Assembly (NCBI GenBank): GCA_027604505.1
Contig: JADIIX010000187.1
Span: forward strand, 1 to 35,330
From: Gonapodya sp. JEL0774
Taxonomy: Eukaryota
DNA: 35,330 bases
Direction: 5' to 3'
In this document: positions 33,444 through 35,330 of the stretch, piece by piece
Numbering within the stretch: the first letter of the stretch is position 1
How the letters are laid out: every line of letters begins with the position of its first letter
The notes under the pieces: generated by a model
Databases searched by the model: none
What the model was told of the DNA's origin: nothing
The model's input: only the letters and a program-made list of their open reading frames with translations
Made by a program: the position numbers and the translations under genes

Positions 33444-35330
33444 ATGTTCCTCTCTGGAATCGCAATCGGCGCAGTCTTCGCTTCTTCCCTCGGTGTCTGG
33501 ATGCTCTTCCAATCCGGAAACCTGCTCATCCTTCCTCTCAGACTCCAACCTTCCAATGCCCACGCTCACACTCACCCGCCTCATCCATCCCACAAGTCCA
33601 GGTCCCGCTCCACCAGCGTATCTTCCAACGCAAAACTCAAATTCACAGGCGACGGCACAGACACGGACCCCGCGGTACCGCACCACAACTCCCATGCATC
33701 CGACCCGGGCCACGCGGGGGACCCGGACGCCGACGCAAAGGACCCTTCCCTACTGCCCCGTCCTCATTCCCATCCTGACCTCCTCCACCTCCTCGAAACC
33801 CCATCCGTCCCTCCTCCCGAGTACTCACCCGCGGCCTCGTCTCCCTCCCCCTCCCCCTCCTCCCACTCTCACTCCCTCCGCACATCATCCCTCACCACGC
33901 TCTCCTCCCCCACCCCGTCTTCGAAATCTCTCTCACCGTCCTTCTCGGACTTGCCGCCACTCCCCCTTTCCCATTCCCATTCCCCGTCCTCTCCTCCCTC
34001 ATCAAAATCATCATCCACATTAACCACATCCACCACCACCACCCCCCACACCCACCGCCACTCCCCCGCCATCCTCGCCGCCCGCGCAAAATTCGCGTCC
34101 TACCTCAACTCCCACTCCCACTCCCACTCCTCCCCCTCCTCCTCCTCCTCCTCCTCAGACCTCAAGTGGTCCTTGGTCTCAGAGTCAAAGGGCACAAAGG
34201 TCTACACCGCTCTCGATCCCTCAAACGTCATGCCCGTCGTCAAAGGTGCGTTGCGTTGCGGTACGGGGGGCCGGGGACCGCAATCGGCGTTCGGCGTTCG
34301 TGATTTGGATTCGCGAGGGGGTTTCTGAAATGTGAAAGGGCCTCGCGCCCTCGTGATTTGTATTCGCGAGGGGGTTTCTGAAATGCGAAAGGGCCTCGCG
34401 CCCTCGTGATTTGTATTCGCGAGGGGGTTTCTGAAATGTGAAGGAGTGAATCGGCGTTTTGGTCTTTTTGGTTTCCCGTTGGTGTGGGCCTTTAGGGCCT
34501 CGTGCCATCGGGATTTTGATTCGCGAGGGGTTTCTTCAACGAGAAAGAGTGAATCGGGGGTTTTGTTCCTTTTGGTTCCCCGTTGGTGTGGGATTTTTCC
34601 CTCCTCTGTCCACCCCACCCACCTCTCCCCATCTCCCTTCCCCCCTCCCCCTTAGCCACCTCCCTCATCCCCCACCTTTCCCCCGAAGAGCTCCACTCCG
34701 CCATCACCACCGTCTCCCCCGCTCCCCGTTCGCGCACCCTGTGGGACCCCCGCAGCGACCTGTCGGCCCACCTGGCCCGCCTGTCCCCCACAGACCACCT
34801 CGCGCACGTGCAGGTCACGAAGCAGTTCCCCGTGGCGGGGAGGGAGGCGTGTACGGTGAGGAGTGTGGTGAGACAGAGGGGTGGGGTGGGTGAGGGAGGG
34901 GGCGGACAAGGCGCGTCGTGTGGGCATGGGTACGGGATACTGGACGTGGCCACGTCGGTCCAAGACGCGGTGTTCGTGCCCGACACGAGCCGTGTGCTCG
35001 CCACGCTGCACATCTCGGGGTGGTCTCTTTCCCCATCCCCGTCCCCATCCCCATCCCCATCATCCCCCACCACCCCATCCCCATCCACCCTCGCCACCTA
35101 CATCGTCCACGTCGACATTGGCGGCACCGTGCCCAGCTGGATCCTCTCCCTCGCCGTGTCCGAACAGGCCGCGGCCCTCACTCAGGTCAAACAGTACGTG
35201 GACAAGGAGGGCGTGCCACCGTACGCCGTGTGCGTGCCCTGGGGTGCCGCGGAGTTGGAGCAGGCGAGGTGGGACAGGAAGAAGGGGAGATGGGAAGCAG
35301 GAGTAGTAGGTAGAGAGCTGACTTAGTTGA
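33444..35330 (+). CDS. START (Bet v1-like) lipid-binding domain protein with N-terminal hydrophobic anchor; 3'-partial (intron 34246-34655; next donor ~35310)
   Basis: MFLSGIAIGAVFASSLGVWMLF anchor; START-like KWSLVSESKGTKVY..MPVVK, RTLWDP, FPVAGRE, ATSV, ISGW and ATYIVHVDIGGTVPSWI. Confidence 0.8.
34299..34592 (+). repeat. Intronic minisatellite: 53-bp tandem unit (starts 34299, 34352, 34405) nested in a diverged ~104-bp duplication (34390 and 34494)
   Basis: The unit cgtgatttgtattcgcgagggggtttctgaaatgtgaaagggcctcgcgccct occurs about 2.7 times plus one degenerate copy; the tail gagtgaatcgg..cccgttggtgtggg occurs twice. Confidence 0.93.

Noticed and set aside
34299..34592. CRISPR-like array (regular repeats with an internal palindrome)
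   Set aside because: The units are contiguous with no unique spacers, lie in a spliceosomal intron, and have no cas genes nearby; this is a minisatellite.
29473..35313. Many long Pro/Gly-rich ORFs on both strands
   Set aside because: These are artefacts of stop-poor GC-rich and homopolymeric DNA that overlap the MINDY and START exons and introns.
1..35330. Selenoprotein, SECIS or stop-codon readthrough (known in some early-diverging fungi)
   Set aside because: Apparent in-frame stops are explained by introns; I saw no conserved in-frame TGA, convincing SECIS or TGA-CTA readthrough context at the gene ends.
324..35330. Pseudogenes or frameshifts suggested by fragmented ORFs
   Set aside because: The breaks coincide with GT..AG introns that restore the frame and the conserved motifs.

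Overview
Gene-dense, intron-rich eukaryotic DNA with short GT-AG introns. The content (monofunctional HIS3, MRC1-domain protein, CE4 deacetylase, MDC1-like and FYRN/FYRC proteins) points to a fungus, probably an early-diverging chytrid-like lineage; the taxon is an inference. I reconstructed 13 spliced protein-coding genes by hand: CE4 polysaccharide deacetylase, FYRN/FYRC protein, MDC1-like FHA+tandem-BRCT protein, signal peptide peptidase, LigE-like GST, Mrc1/Claspin-like protein, HIS3, ArfGAP, TFIIB/BRF-like factor, Shp1/p47, NAD kinase, MINDY deubiquitinase and a START-domain protein that runs off the right end. After about 29.3 kb the composition switches to a GC-rich, homopolymer-rich regime. 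The most unusual signals concern splicing and RNA structure: (i) a ~90-100 bp inverted repeat pair in the two introns flanking one MINDY exon; (ii) all five complete introns in the GC-rich zone are G-rich at the 5' end and C-rich at the 3' end; (iii) a 4-nt microexon in a GST with a bacterial-type sequence, a possible intronised horizontal acquisition; (iv) a three-fold, intron-split TQ repeat in the Mrc1-like protein; (v) an intergenic structured-RNA candidate at 28.85-28.97 kb. No CRISPR array, tRNA, rRNA or transposase was recognised. Exon boundaries are manual calls without transcript evidence.
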